A stretch of 64,000 nucleotides of DNA from the human T2T-CHM13v2.0 reference genome, Homo sapiens (GCF_009914755.1 NC_060938.1), one strand, 5' to 3'. Positions 27,001 through 42,000 are shown, numbered from the stretch's first letter. Notes: generated by a model not told the origin, from the sequence alone. Translations and numbers: made by a program.

Positions 27001-30000
27001 GTTCAACTCTGTGACTTGAATGCAGACATCACAGAGCAGTTTCTGAGAATGCTTCTGTCTAGATTTTATAGGAAGATATTCCCGTTTCCAACGAAATCTT
27101 CACAGCTATCCAAATATCCACTTGCAGATTCTACAAAAAGAGTGTATCAAAACTGCTCTGTCAAAAGGAAGGTTCTTTTCTGTTAGGTGAGTGCATACGT
27201 CATAAAGGAGTTTCTGAGAATGTTTCTGTCTAGTGGTTATGGGAAGATATTTGCTTTTTCACCGTAGGCCTCAGAGCGCTCCAAATATCCACTTGCACAT
27301 ACTACAAAAAGAGTGCCTCAAAGCTGCTCTCTGAAACGGAATGTTCAACTCTATGAGTTGAATGCAAACATCGCAAAGACGTTTCTGAGAATGCTTCTGT
27401 CTAGATTTGATATGAAGATATTCCCGTTTCCAACGAAATCTTCAAATCTATCCAAATGTCCACTTGCAGATTCAACAAAAAGTGTTTTTCAGAACTGCTC
27501 TATCAAAAGAAAGATCCACCTCTGTTAGCTGAGTTCACACATCACAAACAAGTTTATGAGAATGCTTCTGTCTAGTTTTTATTTGAAGATATTTCCTTTC
27601 TCACCATAGAGCTGAAAGCTGTCCTAATGTTCACTTCCAGATACTACAGAAAGAGTGTTTCAAAACTGCTGTACGAAAGGGAATGTTCAACTCTGTGACT
27701 TGAATGCACACATCACAAAGAAGTTTCTGAGGATGCTGCTGTCTACTTTTTATACGTAATCCCGTTTCCAACGAAATCCTCCAAGCTATCCAAATATCCA
27801 CTTGCAGATTCCACAGAAAGACTGTTTCAAAACTGCTCTGTCAATAGAAAGGTTCAACTCTGTTAGCTGCGTGCATATATCCCAAAGAAGATTCTGAGAT
27901 TGCTTCTGTCTAGTTTTTATGGGAAGATATTTCCCTTTTCACCGTAGGTGTCAAGGCGCTCCAAATGTCCACTTCCAGATACTACAAAAAGAGTGTTTCA
28001 AACCTACTCTGTGAAAGGGAATATTCAACTCTGTGACTTGAATGCACATATCACAAAGAAGTTTCTGAGAATGCTTCTGTCGAGATTTTATATGAAGATA
28101 TTCCCGTTTCCAACGAAATGCTGAAATCTATCCAAATATCCCCTCGCAGATTCTACAAAAAGAGTGTTTCAAAACTGCTCTGTGAAAAGAAAGGTTCAAC
28201 TCTGTTAGTTGAGTACACACATCACAAACAAGTTTCACAGAATGCTTCTTTCTAGCTTGTAGGGGAAGATATTCCCTTTATCACCATGGGCCTCAAACCG
28301 TCCGAAAAGTCCACTTCCATATACTACAAAAAGAGCGTTTCAAACCTGCTCTATGAAAGGCAATGTTCAACTCTGTGACTTGAATGCAGACATCACAGAG
28401 CAGTTTCTGAGAATGCTTCTGTCTAGATTTTATAGGAAGATATTCCCGTTTCCAACGAAATCTTCACAGCTATCCAAATATCCACTTGCAGATTCTACAA
28501 AAAGAGTGTATCAAAACTGCTCTGTCAAAAGGAAGGTTCTTTTCTGTTAGGTGAGTGCATACGTCATAAAGGAGTTTCTGAGAATGTTTCTGTCTAGTGG
28601 TTATGGGAAGATATTTGCTTTTTCACCGTAGGCCTCAGAGCGCTCCAAATATCCACTTGCACATACTACAAAAAGAGTGCCTCAAAGCTGCTCTCTGAAA
28701 CGGAATGTTCAACTCTATGAGTTGAATGCAAACATCGCAAAGACGTTTCTGATAATGCTTCTGTCTAGATTTGATATGAAGATATTCCCGTTTCCAACGA
28801 AATCTTCAAATCTATCCAAATGTCCACTTGCAGATTCAACAAAAAGTGTTTTTCAGAACTGCTCTATCAAAAGAAAGATCCACCTCTGTTAGCTGAGTTC
28901 ACACATCACAAACAAGTTTATGAGAATGCTTCTGTCTAGTTTTTATTTGAAGATATTTCCTTTCTCACCATAGAGCTGAAAGCTGTCCTAATGTTCACTT
29001 CCAGATACTACAGAAAGAGTGTTTCAAAACTGCTGTACGAAAGGGAATGTTCAACTCTGTGACTTGAATGCACACATCACAAAGAAGTTTCTGAGGATGC
29101 TGCTGTCTACTTTTTATACGTAATCCCGTTTCCAACGAAATCCTCCAAGCTATCCAAATATCCACTTGCAGATTCCACAGAAAGACTGTTTCAAAACTGC
29201 TCTGTCAATAGAAAGGTTCAACTCTGTTAGCTGCGTGCATATATCCCAAAGAAGATTCTGAGATTGCTTCTGTCTACTTTTTATGGGAAGATATTTCCCT
29301 TTTCACCGTAGGTGTCAAGGCGCTCCAAATGTCCACTTCCAGATACTACAAAAAGAGTGTTTCTAACCTACTCTGTGAAAGGGAATATTCAACTCTGTGA
29401 CTTGAATGCACATATCACAAAGAAGTTTCTGAGAATGCTTCTGTCGAGATTTTATATGAAGATATTCCCGTTTCCAACGAAATCCTGAAATCTATCCAAA
29501 TATCCCCTCGCAGATTCTACAAAAAGAGTGTTTCAAAACTGCTCTGTGAAAAGGAAGGTTCAACTCTGTTAGTTGAGTACACACATCACAAACAAGTTTC
29601 ACGGAATGCTTCTTTCTAGCTTGTAGGGAAAGATATTCCCTTTATCACCATGGGCCTCCAACCGTCCGAAACATCCACTTCCATATACTACAAAAAGAGC
29701 GTTTCAAACCTGCTCTATGAAAGGCAATGTTCAACTCTGTGACTTGAATGCAGACATCACAGAGCAGTTTCTGAGAATGCTTCTGTCTAGATTTTATAGG
29801 AAGCTATTCCCGTTTCCAACGAAATCTTCACAGCTATCCAAATATCCACTTGCAGATTCTACAAAAAGAGTGTATCAAAACTGCTCTGTCAAAAGGAAGG
29901 TTCTTTTCTGTTAGGTGAGTGCATACGTCATAAAGGAGTTTCTGAGAATGTTTCTGTCTAGTGGTTATGGGAAGATATTTGCTTTTTCACCGTAGGCCTC

Positions 30001-33000
30001 AGAGGGCTCCAAATATCCACTTGCACATACTACAAAAAGAGTGCCTCAAAGCTGCTCTCTGAAACGGAATGTGCAACTCTATGAGTTGAATGCAAACATC
30101 GCAAAGACGTTTCTGAGAATGCTTCTGTCTAGATTTGATATGAAGATATTCCCGTTTCCAACGAAATCTTCAAATCTATCCAAATGTCCACTTGCAGATT
30201 CAACAAAAAGTGTTTTTCAGAACTGCTCTATCAAAAGAAAGATCCACCTCTGTTAGCTGAGTTCACACATCACAAACAAGTTTATGAGAATGCTTCTGTC
30301 TAGTTTTTATTTGAAGATATTTCCTTTCTCACCATAGAGCTGAAAGCTGTCCTAATGTTCACTTCCAGATACTACAGAAAGAGTGTTTCAAAACTGCTGT
30401 ACGAAAGGGAATGTTCAACTCTGTGACTTGAATGCACACATCACAAAGAAGTTTCTGAGGATGCTGCTGTCTACTTTTTATACGTAATCCCGTTTCCAAC
30501 GAAATCCTCCAAGCTATCCAAATATCCACTTGCAGATTCCACAGAAAGACTGTTTCAAAACTGCTCTGTCAATAGAAAGGTTCAACTCTGTTAGCTGCGT
30601 GCATATATCCCAAAGAAGATTCTGAGATTGCTTCTGTCTAGTTTTTATGGGAAGATATTTCCCTTTTCACCGTAGGCGTCAAGGCGCTCCAAATGTCCAC
30701 TTCCAGATACTACAAAAAGAGTGTTTCTAACCTACTCTGTGAAAGGGAATATTCAACTCTGTGACTTGAATGCACATATCACAAAGAAGTTTCTGAGAAT
30801 GCTTCTGTCGAGATTTTATATGAAGATATTCCCGTTTCCAACGAAATCCTGAAATCTATCCAAATATCCCCTCGCAGATTCTACAAAAAGAGTGTTTCAA
30901 AACTGCTCTGTGAAAAGGAAGGTTCAACTCTGTTAGTTGAGTACACACATCACAAACAAGTTTCACAGAATGCTTCTTTCTAGCTTGTAGGGAAAGATAT
31001 TCCCTTTATCACCATGGGCCTCCAACCGTCCGAAACATCCACTTCCATATACTACAAAAAGAGCGTTTCAAACCTGCTCTATGAAAGGCAATGTTCAACT
31101 CTGTGACTTGAATGCAGACATCACAGAGCAGTTTCTGAGAATGCTTCTGTCTAGATTTTATAGGAAGCTATTCCCGTTTCCAACGAAATCTTCACAGCTA
31201 TCCAAATATCCACTTGCAGATTCTACAAAAAGAGTGTATCAAAACTGCTCTGTCAAAAGGAAGGTTCTTCTCTGTTAGGTGAGTGCATACGTCATAAAGG
31301 AGTTTCTGAGAATGTTTCTGTCTAGTGGTTATGGGAAGATATTTGCTTTTTCCCCGTAGGCCTCAGGGCGCTCCAAATGTCCACTTGCACATGCTACAAA
31401 AAGAGTGCTTCAAAGCTGCTCTCTGAAAGGGAATGTTCAACTCTATGAGTTGAATGCAAACATCACAAAGACGTTTCTGAGAATGCTTCTGTCTAGATTT
31501 GATATGAAGATATTCCCGTTTCCAACGAAATCTTCAAATCTATCCAAATGTCCACTTGCAGATTCAACAAAAAGTGTTTTTCAGAACTGCTCTATCAAAA
31601 GAAAGATCCACCTCTGTTAGCTGAGTTCAGACATCACAAATAAGTTTATGAGAATGCTTCTGTCTAGTTTTTATTTGAAGATATTTCCTTTCTCACCATA
31701 GACCTGAAAGCTGTCCTAATGTTCACTTCCAGTTACTACAGAAAGAGTGTTTCAAAACTGCTGTACGAAAGGGAATGTTCAACTCTGTGACTTGAATGCA
31801 CACATCACAAAGAAGTTTCTGAGGATGCTGCTGTCTACTTTTTATACTTAATCCCGTTTCCAACGAAATCCTCCAAGCTATCCAAATATCCACTTGCAGA
31901 TTCCACAGAAAGACTGTTTCAAAACTGCTCTGTCAATAGAAAGGTTCAACTCTGTTAGCTGCGTGCATATATCCCAAAGAAGATTCTGAGATTGCTTCTG
32001 TCTAGTTTTTATGGGAAGATATTTCCCTTTTCACCGTAGGCGTCAAGGCGCTCCAAACGTCCACTTCCAGATACTACAAAAAGAGTGTTTCAAACCTACT
32101 CTGTGAAAGGGAGTATTCAACTCTGTGACTTGAATGCACATATCACAAGGAAGTTTCTGAGAATGCTTCTGTCGAGATTTTATATGAAGATATTCTCGTT
32201 TACAACGAAATCCTGAAATCTATCCAAATATCCCCTCGCAGATTCTACAAAAAGAGTGTTTCAAAACTGCTCTGTAAAAAGAAAGGTTCAACTCTGTTAG
32301 TTGAGTACACACATCACAAACAAGTTTCACAGAATGCTTCTTTCTAGCTTGTAGGGGAAGATATTCCCTTTATCACCATGGGCCTCCAACCGTCCGAAAC
32401 ATCCACTTCCATATACTACAAAAAGAGCGTTTCAAACCTGCTCTATGAAAGGCAATGTTCAACTCTGTGACTTGAATGCAGACATCACAGAGCAGTTTCT
32501 GAGAATGCTTCTGTCTAGATTTTATAGGAAGATATTCCCGTTTCCAACGAAATCTTCACAGCTATCCAAATATCCACTTGCAGATTCTACAAAAAGAGTG
32601 TATCAAAACTGCTCTGTCAAAAGGAAGGTTCTTCTCTGTTAGGTGAGTGCATACGTCATAAAGGAGTTTCTGAGAATGTTTCTGTCTAGTGGTTATGGGA
32701 AGATATTTGCTTTTTCCCCGTAGGCCTCAGGGCGCTCCAAATGTCCACTTGCACATGCTACAAAAAGAGTGCTTCAAAGCTGCTCTCTGAAAGGGAATGT
32801 TCAACTCTATGAGTTGAATGCAAACATCACAAAGACGTTTCTGAGAATGCTTCTGTCTAGATTTGATATGAAGATATTCCCGTTTCTAACGAAATCTTCA
32901 AATCTATCCAAATGTCCACTTGCAGATTCAACAAAAAGTGTTTTTCAGAACTGCTCTATCAAAAGAAAGATCCACCTCTGTTAGCTGAGTTCAGACATCA

Positions 33001-36000
33001 CAAACAAGTTTATGAGAATGCTTCTGTCTAGTTTTTATTTGAAGATATTTCCTTTCTCACCATAGACCTGAAAGCTGTCCTAATGTTCACTTCCAGTTAC
33101 TACAGAAAGAGTGTTTCAAAACTGCTGTACGAAAGGGAATGTTCAACTCTGTGACTTGAATTCACACATCACAATGAAGTTTCTGAGGATGCTGCTGTCT
33201 ACTTTTTATACTTAATCCCGTTTCCAACGAAATCCTTCAAGCTATCCAAATATCCACTTGCAGATTCCACAGAAAGACTGTTTCAAAACTGCTCTGTCAA
33301 TAGAAAGGTTCAACTCTGTTAGCTGCGTGCATATATCCCAAAGAAGATTCTGAGATTGCTTCTGTCTAGTTTTTATGGGAAGATATTTCCCTTTTCACCG
33401 TAGGCGTCCAGGCGCTCCAAATGTCCACTTCCAGATACTACAAAAAGAGTGTTTCAAACCTACTCTGTGAAAGGGAATATTCAACTCTGTGACTTGAATG
33501 CACATATCACAAGGAAGTTTCTGAGAATGCTTCTGTCGAGATTTTATATGAAGATATTCCCGTTTCCAACGAAATGCTGAAATGTATCCAAATATCCCCT
33601 CGCAGATTCTACAAAAAGAGTGTTTCAAAACTGCTCTGTAAAAAGAAAGGTTCAACTCTGTTAGTTGAGTACACACATCACAAACTAGTTTCACAGAATG
33701 CTTCTTTCTAGCTTGTAGGGGAAGATATTCCCTTTATCACCATGGGCCTCAAACCGTCCGAAAAGTCCACTTCCATATACTACAAAAAGAGCGTTTCAAA
33801 CCTGCTCTATGAAAGGCAATGTTCAACTCTGTGACTTGAATGCAGACATCACAGAGCAGTTTCTGAGAATGCTTCTGTCTAGATTTTATAGGAAGATATT
33901 CCCGTTTCCAACGAAATCTTCACAGCTATCCAAATATCCACTTGCAGATTCTACAAAAAGAGTGTATCAAAACTGCTCTGTCAAAAGGAAGGTTCTTTTC
34001 TGTTAGGTGAGTGCATACGTCATAAAGGAGTTTCTGAGAATGTTTCTGTCTAGTGGTTATGGGAAGATATTTGCTTTTTCACCGTAGGCCTCAGAGCGCT
34101 GCAAATATCCACTTGCACATACTACAAAAAGAGTGCCTCAAAGCTGCTCTCTGAAACGGAATGTTCAACTCTATGAGTTGAATGCAAACATCACAAAGAC
34201 GTTTCTGAGAATGCTTCTGTCTAGATTTGATATGAAGATATTCCCGTTTCCAACGAAATCTTCAAATCTATCCAAATGTCCACTTGCAGATTCAACAGAA
34301 AGTGTTTTTCAGAACTGCTCTATCAAAAGAAAGATCCACCTCTGTTAGCTGAGTTCACACATCACAAACAAGTTTATGAGAATGCTTCTGTCTAGTTTTT
34401 ATTTGAAGATATTTCCTTTCTCACCATAGAGCTGAAAGCTGTCCTAATGTTCACTTCCAGATACTACAGAAAGAGTGTTTCAAAACTGCTGTACGAAAGG
34501 GAATGTTCAACTCTGTGACTTGAATGCACACATCACAAAGAAGTTTCTGAGGATGCTGCTGTCTACTTTTTATACGTAATCCCGTTTCCAACGAAATCCT
34601 CCAAGCTATCCAAATATCCACTTGCAGATTCCACAGAAAGACTGTTTCAAAACTGCTCTGTCAATAGAAAGGTTCAACTCTGTTAGCTGCGTGCATATAT
34701 CCCAAAGAAGATTCTGAGATTGCTTCTGTCTAGTTTTTATGGGAAGATATTTCCCTTTTCACCGTAGGTGTCAAGGCGCTCCAAATGTCCACTTCCAGAT
34801 ACTACAAAAAGAGTGTTTCAAACCTACTCTGTGAAAGGGAATATTCAACTCTGTGACTTGAATGCACATATCACAAAGAAGTTTCTGAGAATGCTTCTGT
34901 CGAGATTTTATATGAAGATATTCCCGTTTCCAACGAAATCCTGAAATCTATCCAAATATCCCCTCGCAGATTCCACAAAAAGAGTGTTTCAAAACTGCTC
35001 TTTAAAAAGAAAGGTTCAACTCTGTTAGTTGAGTACACACATCACAAACAAGTTTCACAGAATGCTTCTTTCTAGCTTGTAGGGGAAGATATTCCCTTTA
35101 TCACCATGGGCCTCAAACCGTCCGATAAGTCCACTTCCATATACTACAAAAAGAGCGTTTCAAACCTGCTCTATGAAAGGCAACGTTCAACTCTGTGACT
35201 TGAATGCAGACATCACAGAGCAGTTTCTGAGAATGCTTCTGTCTAGATTTTATAGGAAGATATTCCCGTTTCCAACGAAATCTTCACAGCTATCCAAATA
35301 TCCACTTGCAGATTCTACAAAAAGAGTGTATCAAAACTGCTCTGTCAAAAGGAAGGTTCTTCTCTGTTAGGTGAGTGCATACGTCATAAAGGAGTTTCTG
35401 AGAATGTTTCTGTCTAGTGGTTATGGGAAGATATTTGCTTTTTCCCCGTAGGCCTCAGGGCGCTCCAAATGTCCACTTGCACATGCTACAAAAAGAGTGC
35501 TTCAAAGCTGCTCTCTGAAAGGGAATGTTCAACTCTATGAGTTGAATGCAAACATCACAAAGACGTTTCTGAGAATGCTTCTGTCTAGATTTGATATGAA
35601 GATATTCCCGTTTCCAACGAAATCTTCAAATCTATCCAAATGTCCACTTGCAGATTCAACAAAAAGTGTTTTTCAGAACTGCTCTATCAAAAGAAAGATC
35701 CACCTCTGTTAGCTGAGTTCAGACATCACAAACAAGTTTATGAGAATGCTTCTGTCTAGTTTTTATTTGAAGATATTTCCTTTCTCACCATAGACCTGAA
35801 AGCTGTCCTAATGTTCACTTCCAGTTACTACAGAGTGTTTCAAAACTGCTGTACGAAAGGGAATGTTCAACTCTGTGACTTGAATGCACACATCACAAAG
35901 AAGTTTCTGAGGATGCTGCTGTCTACTTTTTATACTTAATCCCGTTTCCAACGAAATCCTCCAAGCTATCCAAATATCCACTTGCAGATTCCACAGAAAG

Positions 36001-39000
36001 ACTGTTTCAAAACTGCTCTGTCAATAGAAAGGTTCAACTCTGTTAGCTGCGTGCATATATCCCAAAGAAGATTCTGAGATTGCTTCTGTCTAGTTTTTAT
36101 GGGAAGATATTTCCCTTTTCACCGTAGGCGTCAAGGCGCTCCAAATGTCCACTTCCAGATACTACAAAAAGAGTGTTTCAAACCTACTCTGTGAAAGGGA
36201 ATATTCAACTCTGTGACTTGAATGCACATATCACAAGGAAGTTTCTGAGAATGCTTCTGTCGAGATTTTATATGAAGATATTCCCGTTTCCAACGAAATC
36301 CTGAAATCTATCCAAATATCCCCTCGCAGATTCTACAAAAAGAGTGTTTCAAAACTGCTCTGTAAAAAGAAAGGTTCAACTCTGTTAGTTGAGTACACAC
36401 ATCACAAACAAGTTTCACAGAATGCTTCTTTCTAGCTTGTAGGGGAAGATATTCCCTTTATCACCATGGGCCTCAAACCGTCCGATAAGTCCACTTCCAT
36501 ATACTACAAAAAGAGCGTTTCAAACCTGCTCTATGAAAGGCAATGTTCAACTCTGTGACTTGAATGCAGACATCACAGAGCAGTTTCTGAGAATGCTTCT
36601 GTCTAGATTTTATAGGAAGATATTCCCGTTTCCAACGAAATCTTCACAGCTATCCAAATATCCACTTGCAGATTCTACAAAAAGAGTGTATCAAAACTGC
36701 TCTGTCAAAAGGAAGGTTCTTTTCTGTTAGGTGAGTGCATACGTCATAAAGGAGTTTCTGAGAATGTTTCTGTCTAGTGGTTATGGGAAGATATTTGCTT
36801 TTTCACCGTAGGCCTCAGAGCGCTCCAAATATCCACTTGCACATACTACAAAAAGAGTGCCTCAAAGCTGCTCTCTGAAACGGAATGTTCAACTCTATGA
36901 GTTGAATGCAAACATCGCAAAGACGTTTCTGAGAATGCTTCTGTCTAGATTTGATATGAAGATATTCCCGTTTCCAACGAAATCTTCAAATCTATCCAAA
37001 TGTCCACTTGCAGATTCAACAAAAAGTGTTTTTCAGAACTGCTCTATCAAAAGAAAGATCCACCTCTGTTAGCTGAGTTCACACATCACAAACAAGTTTA
37101 TGAGAATGCTTCTGTCTAGTTTTTATTTGAAGATATTTCCTTTCTCACCATAGAGCTGAAAGCTGTCCTAATGTTCACTTCCAGATACTACAGAAAGAGT
37201 GTTTCAAAACTGCTGTACGAAAGGGAATGTTCAACTCTGTGACTTGAATGCACACATCACAAAGAAGTTTCTGAGGATGCTGCTGTCTACTTTTTATACG
37301 TAATCCCGTTTCCAACGAAATCCTCCAAGCTATCCAAATATCCACTTGCAGATTCCACAGAAAGACTGTTTCAAAACTGCTCTGTCAATAGAAAGGTTCA
37401 ACTCTGTTAGCTGCGTGCATATATCCCAAAGAAGATTCTGAGATTGCTTCTGTCTAGTTTTTATGGGAAGATATTTCCCTTTTCACCGTAGGTGTCAAGG
37501 CGCTCCAAATGTCCACTTCCAGATACTACAAAAAGAGTGTTTCAAACCTACTCTGTGAAAGGGAATATTCAACTCTGTGACTTGAATGCACATATCACAA
37601 AGAAGTTTCTGAGAATGCTTCTGTCGAGATTTTATATGAAGATATTCCCGTTTCCAACGAAATCCTGAAATCTATCCAAATATCCCCTCGCAGATTCCAC
37701 AAAAAGAGTGTTTCAAAACTGCTCTTTAAAAAGAAAGGTTCAACTCTGTTAGTTGAGTACACACATCACAAACAAGTTTCACAGAATGCTTCTTTCTAGC
37801 TTGTAGGGGAAGATATTCCCTTTATCACCATGGGCCTCAAACCGTCCGATAAGTCCACTTCCATATACTACAAAAAGAGCGTTTCAAACCTGCTCTATGA
37901 AAGGCAACGTTCAACTCTGTGACTTGAATGCAGACATCACAGAGCAGTTTCTGAGAATGCTTCTGTCTAGATTTTATAGGAAGATATTCCCGTTTCCAAC
38001 GAAATCTTCACAGCTATCCAAATATCCACTTGCAGATTCTACAAAAAGAGTGTATCAAAACTGCTCTGTCAAAAGGAAGGTTCTTCTCTGTTAGGTGAGT
38101 GCATACGTCATAAAGGAGTTTCTGAGAATGTTTCTGTCTAGTGGTTATGGGAAGATATTTGCTTTTTCCCCGTAGGCCTCAGGGCGCTCCAAATGTCCAC
38201 TTGCACATGCTACAAAAAGAGTGCTTCAAAGCTGCTCTCTGAAAGGGAATGTTCAACTCTATGAGTTGAATGCAAACATCACAAAGACGTTTCTGAGAAT
38301 GCTTCTGTCTAGATTTGATATGAAGATATTCCCGTTTCCAACGAAATCTTCAAATCTATCCAAATGTCCACTTGCAGATTCAACAAAAAGTGTTTTTCAG
38401 AACTGCTCTATCAAAAGAAAGATCCACCTCTGTTAGCTGAGTTCAGACATCACAAACAAGTTTATGAGAATGCTTCTGTCTAGTTTTTATTTGAAGATAT
38501 TTCCTTTCTCACCATAGACCTGAAAGCTGTCCTAATGTTCACTTCCAGTTACTACAGAGTGTTTCAAAACTGCTGTACGAAAGGGAATGTTCAACTCTGT
38601 GACTTGAATGCACACATCACAAAGAAGTTTCTGAGGATGCTGCTGTCTACTTTTTATACTTAATCCCGTTTCCAACGAAATCCTCCAAGCTATCCAAATA
38701 TCCACTTGCAGATTCCACAGAAAGACTGTTTCAAAACTGCTCTGTCAATAGAAAGGTTCAACTCTGTTAGCTGCGTGCATATATCCCAAAGAAGATTCTG
38801 AGATTGCTTCTGTCTAGTTTTTATGGGAAGATATTTCCCTTTTCACCGTAGGCGTCAAGGCGCTCCAAATGTCCACTTCCAGATACTACAAAAAGAGTGT
38901 TTCAAACCTACTCTGTGAAAGGGAATATTCAACTCTGTGACTTGAATGCACATATCACAAGGAAGTTTCTGAGAATGCTTCTGTCGAGATTTTATATGAA

Positions 39001-42000
39001 GATATTCCCGTTTCCAACGAAATCCTGAAATCTATCCAAATATCCCCTCGCAGATTCTACAAAAAGAGTGTTTCAAAACTGCTCTGTAAAAAGAAAGGTT
39101 CAACTCTGTTAGTTGAGTACACACATCACAAACAAGTTTCACAGAATGCTTCTTTCTAGCTTGTAGGGGAAGATATTCCCTTTATCACCATGGGCCTCAA
39201 ACCGTCCGATAAGTCCACTTCCATATACTACAAAAAGAGCGTTTCAAACCTGCTCTATGAAAGGCAATGTTCAACTCTGTGACTTGAATGCAGACATCAC
39301 AGAGCAGTTTCTGAGAATGCTTCTGTCTAGATTTTATAGGAAGATATTCCCGTTTCCAACGAAATCTTCACAGCTATCCAAATATCCACTTGCAGATTCT
39401 ACAAAAAGAGTGTATCAAAACTGCTCTGTCAAAAGGAAGGTTCTTTTCTGTTAGGTGAGTGCATACGTCATAAAGGAGTTTCTGAGAATGTTTCTGTCTA
39501 GTGGTTATGGGAAGATATTTGCTTTTTCACCGTAGGCCTCAGAGCGCTCCAAATATCCACTTGCACATACTACAAAAAGAGTGCCTCAAAGCTGCTCTCT
39601 GAAACGGAATGTTCAACTCTATGAGTTGAATGCAAACATCGCAAAGACGTTTCTGAGAATGCTTCTGTCTAGATTTGATATGAAGATATTCCCGTTTCCA
39701 ACGAAATCTTCAAATCTATCCAAATGTCCACTTGCAGATTCAACAGAAAGTGTTTTTCAGAACTGCTCTATCAAAAGAAAGATCCACCTCTGTTAGCTGA
39801 GTTCACACATCACAAACAAGTTTATGAGAATGCTTCTGTCTAGTTTTTATTTGAAGATATTTCCTTTCTCACCATAGAGCTGAAAGCTGTCCTAATGTTC
39901 ACTTCCAGATACTACAGAAAGAGTGTTTCAAAACTGCTGTACGAAAGGGAATGTTCAACTCTGTGACTTGAATGCACACATCACAAAGAAGTTTCTGAGG
40001 ATGCTGCTGTCTACTTTTTATACGTAATCCCGTTTCCAACGAAATCCTCCAAGCTATCCAAATATCCACTTGCAGATTCCACAGAAAGACTGTTTCAAAA
40101 CTGCTCTGTCAATAGAAAGGTTCAACTCTGTTAGCTGCGTGCATATATCCCAAAGAAGATTCTGAGATTGCTTCTGTCTAGTTTTTATGGGAAGATATTT
40201 CCCTTTTCACCGTAGGTGTCAAGGCGCTCCAAATGTCCACTTCCAGATACTACAAAAAGAGTGTTTCAAACCTACTCTGTGAAAGGGAATATTCAACTCT
40301 GTGACTTGAATGCACATATCACAAAGAAGTTTCTGAGAATGCTTCTGTCGAGATTTTATATGAAGATATTCCCGTTTCCAACGAAATCCTGAAATCTATC
40401 CAAATATCCCCTCGCAGATTCCACAAAAAGAGTGTTTCAAAACTGCTCTTTAAAAAGAAAGGTTCAACTCTGTTAGTTGAGTACACACATCACAAACAAG
40501 TTTCACAGAATGCTTCTTTCTAGCTTGTAGGGGAAGATATTCCCTTTATCACCATGGGCCTCAAACCGTCCGAAAAGTCCACTTCCATATACTACAAAAA
40601 GAGCGTTTCAAACCTGCTCTATGAAAGGCAACGTTCAACTCTGTGACTTGAATGCAGACATCACAGAGCAGTTTCTGAGAATGCTTCTGTCTAGATTTTA
40701 TAGGAAGATATTCCCGTTTCCAACGAAATCTTCACAGCTATCCAAATATCCACTTGCAGATTCTACAAAAAGAGTGTATCAAAACTGCTCTGTCAAAAGG
40801 AAGGTTCTTCTCTGTTAGGTGAGTGCATACGTCATAAAGGAGTTTCTGAGAATGTTTCTGTCTAGTGGTTATGGGAAGATATTTGCTTTTTCCCCGTAGG
40901 CCTCAGGGCGCTCCAAATGTCCACTTGCACATGCTACAAAAAGAGTGCTTCAAAGCTGCTCTCTGAAAGGGAATGTTCAACTCTATGAGTTGAATGCAAA
41001 CATCACAAAGACGTTTCTGAGAATGCTTCTGTCTAGATTTGATATGAAGATATTCCCGTTTCCAACGAAATCTTCAAATCTATCCAAATGTCCACTTGCA
41101 GATTCAACAAAAAGTGTTTTTCAGAACTGCTCTATCAAAAGAAAGATCCACCTCTGTTAGCTGAGTTCAGACATCACAAACAAGTTTATGAGAATGCTTC
41201 TGTCTAGTTTTTATTTGAAGATATTTCCTTTCTCACCATAGACCTGAAAGCTGTCCTAATGTTCACTTCCAGTTACTACAGAGTGTTTCAAAACTGCTGT
41301 ACGAAAGGGAATGTTCAACTCTGTGACTTGAATGCACACATCACAAAGAAGTTTCTGAGGATGCTGCTGTCTACTTTTTATACTTAATCCCGTTTCCAAC
41401 GAAATCCTCCAAGCTATCCAAATATCCACTTGCAGATTCCACAGAAAGACTGTTTCAAAACTGCTCTGTCAATAGAAAGGTTCAACTCTGTTAGCTGCGT
41501 GCATATATCCCAAAGAAGATTCTGAGATTGCTTCTGTCTAGTTTTTATGGGAAGATATTTCCCTTTTCACCGTAGGCGTCAAGGCGCTCCAAATGTCCAC
41601 TTCCAGATACTACAAAAAGAGTGTTTCAAACCTACTCTGTGAAAGGGAATATTCAACTCTGTGACTTGAATGCACATATCACAAGGAAGTTTCTGAGAAT
41701 GCTTCTGTCGAGATTTTATATGAAGATATTCCCGTTTCCAACGAAATCCTGAAATCTATCCAAATATCCCCTCGCAGATTCTACAAAAAGAGTGTTTCAA
41801 AACTGCTCTGTAAAAAGAAAGGTTCAACTCTGTTAGTTGAGTACACACATCACAAACAAGTTTCACAGAATGCTTCTTTCTAGCTTGTAGGGGAAGATAT
41901 TCCCTTTATCACCATGGGCCTCAAACCGTCCGATAAGTCCACTTCCATATACTACAAAAAGAGCGTTTCAAACCTGCTCTATGAAAGGCAATGTTCAACT

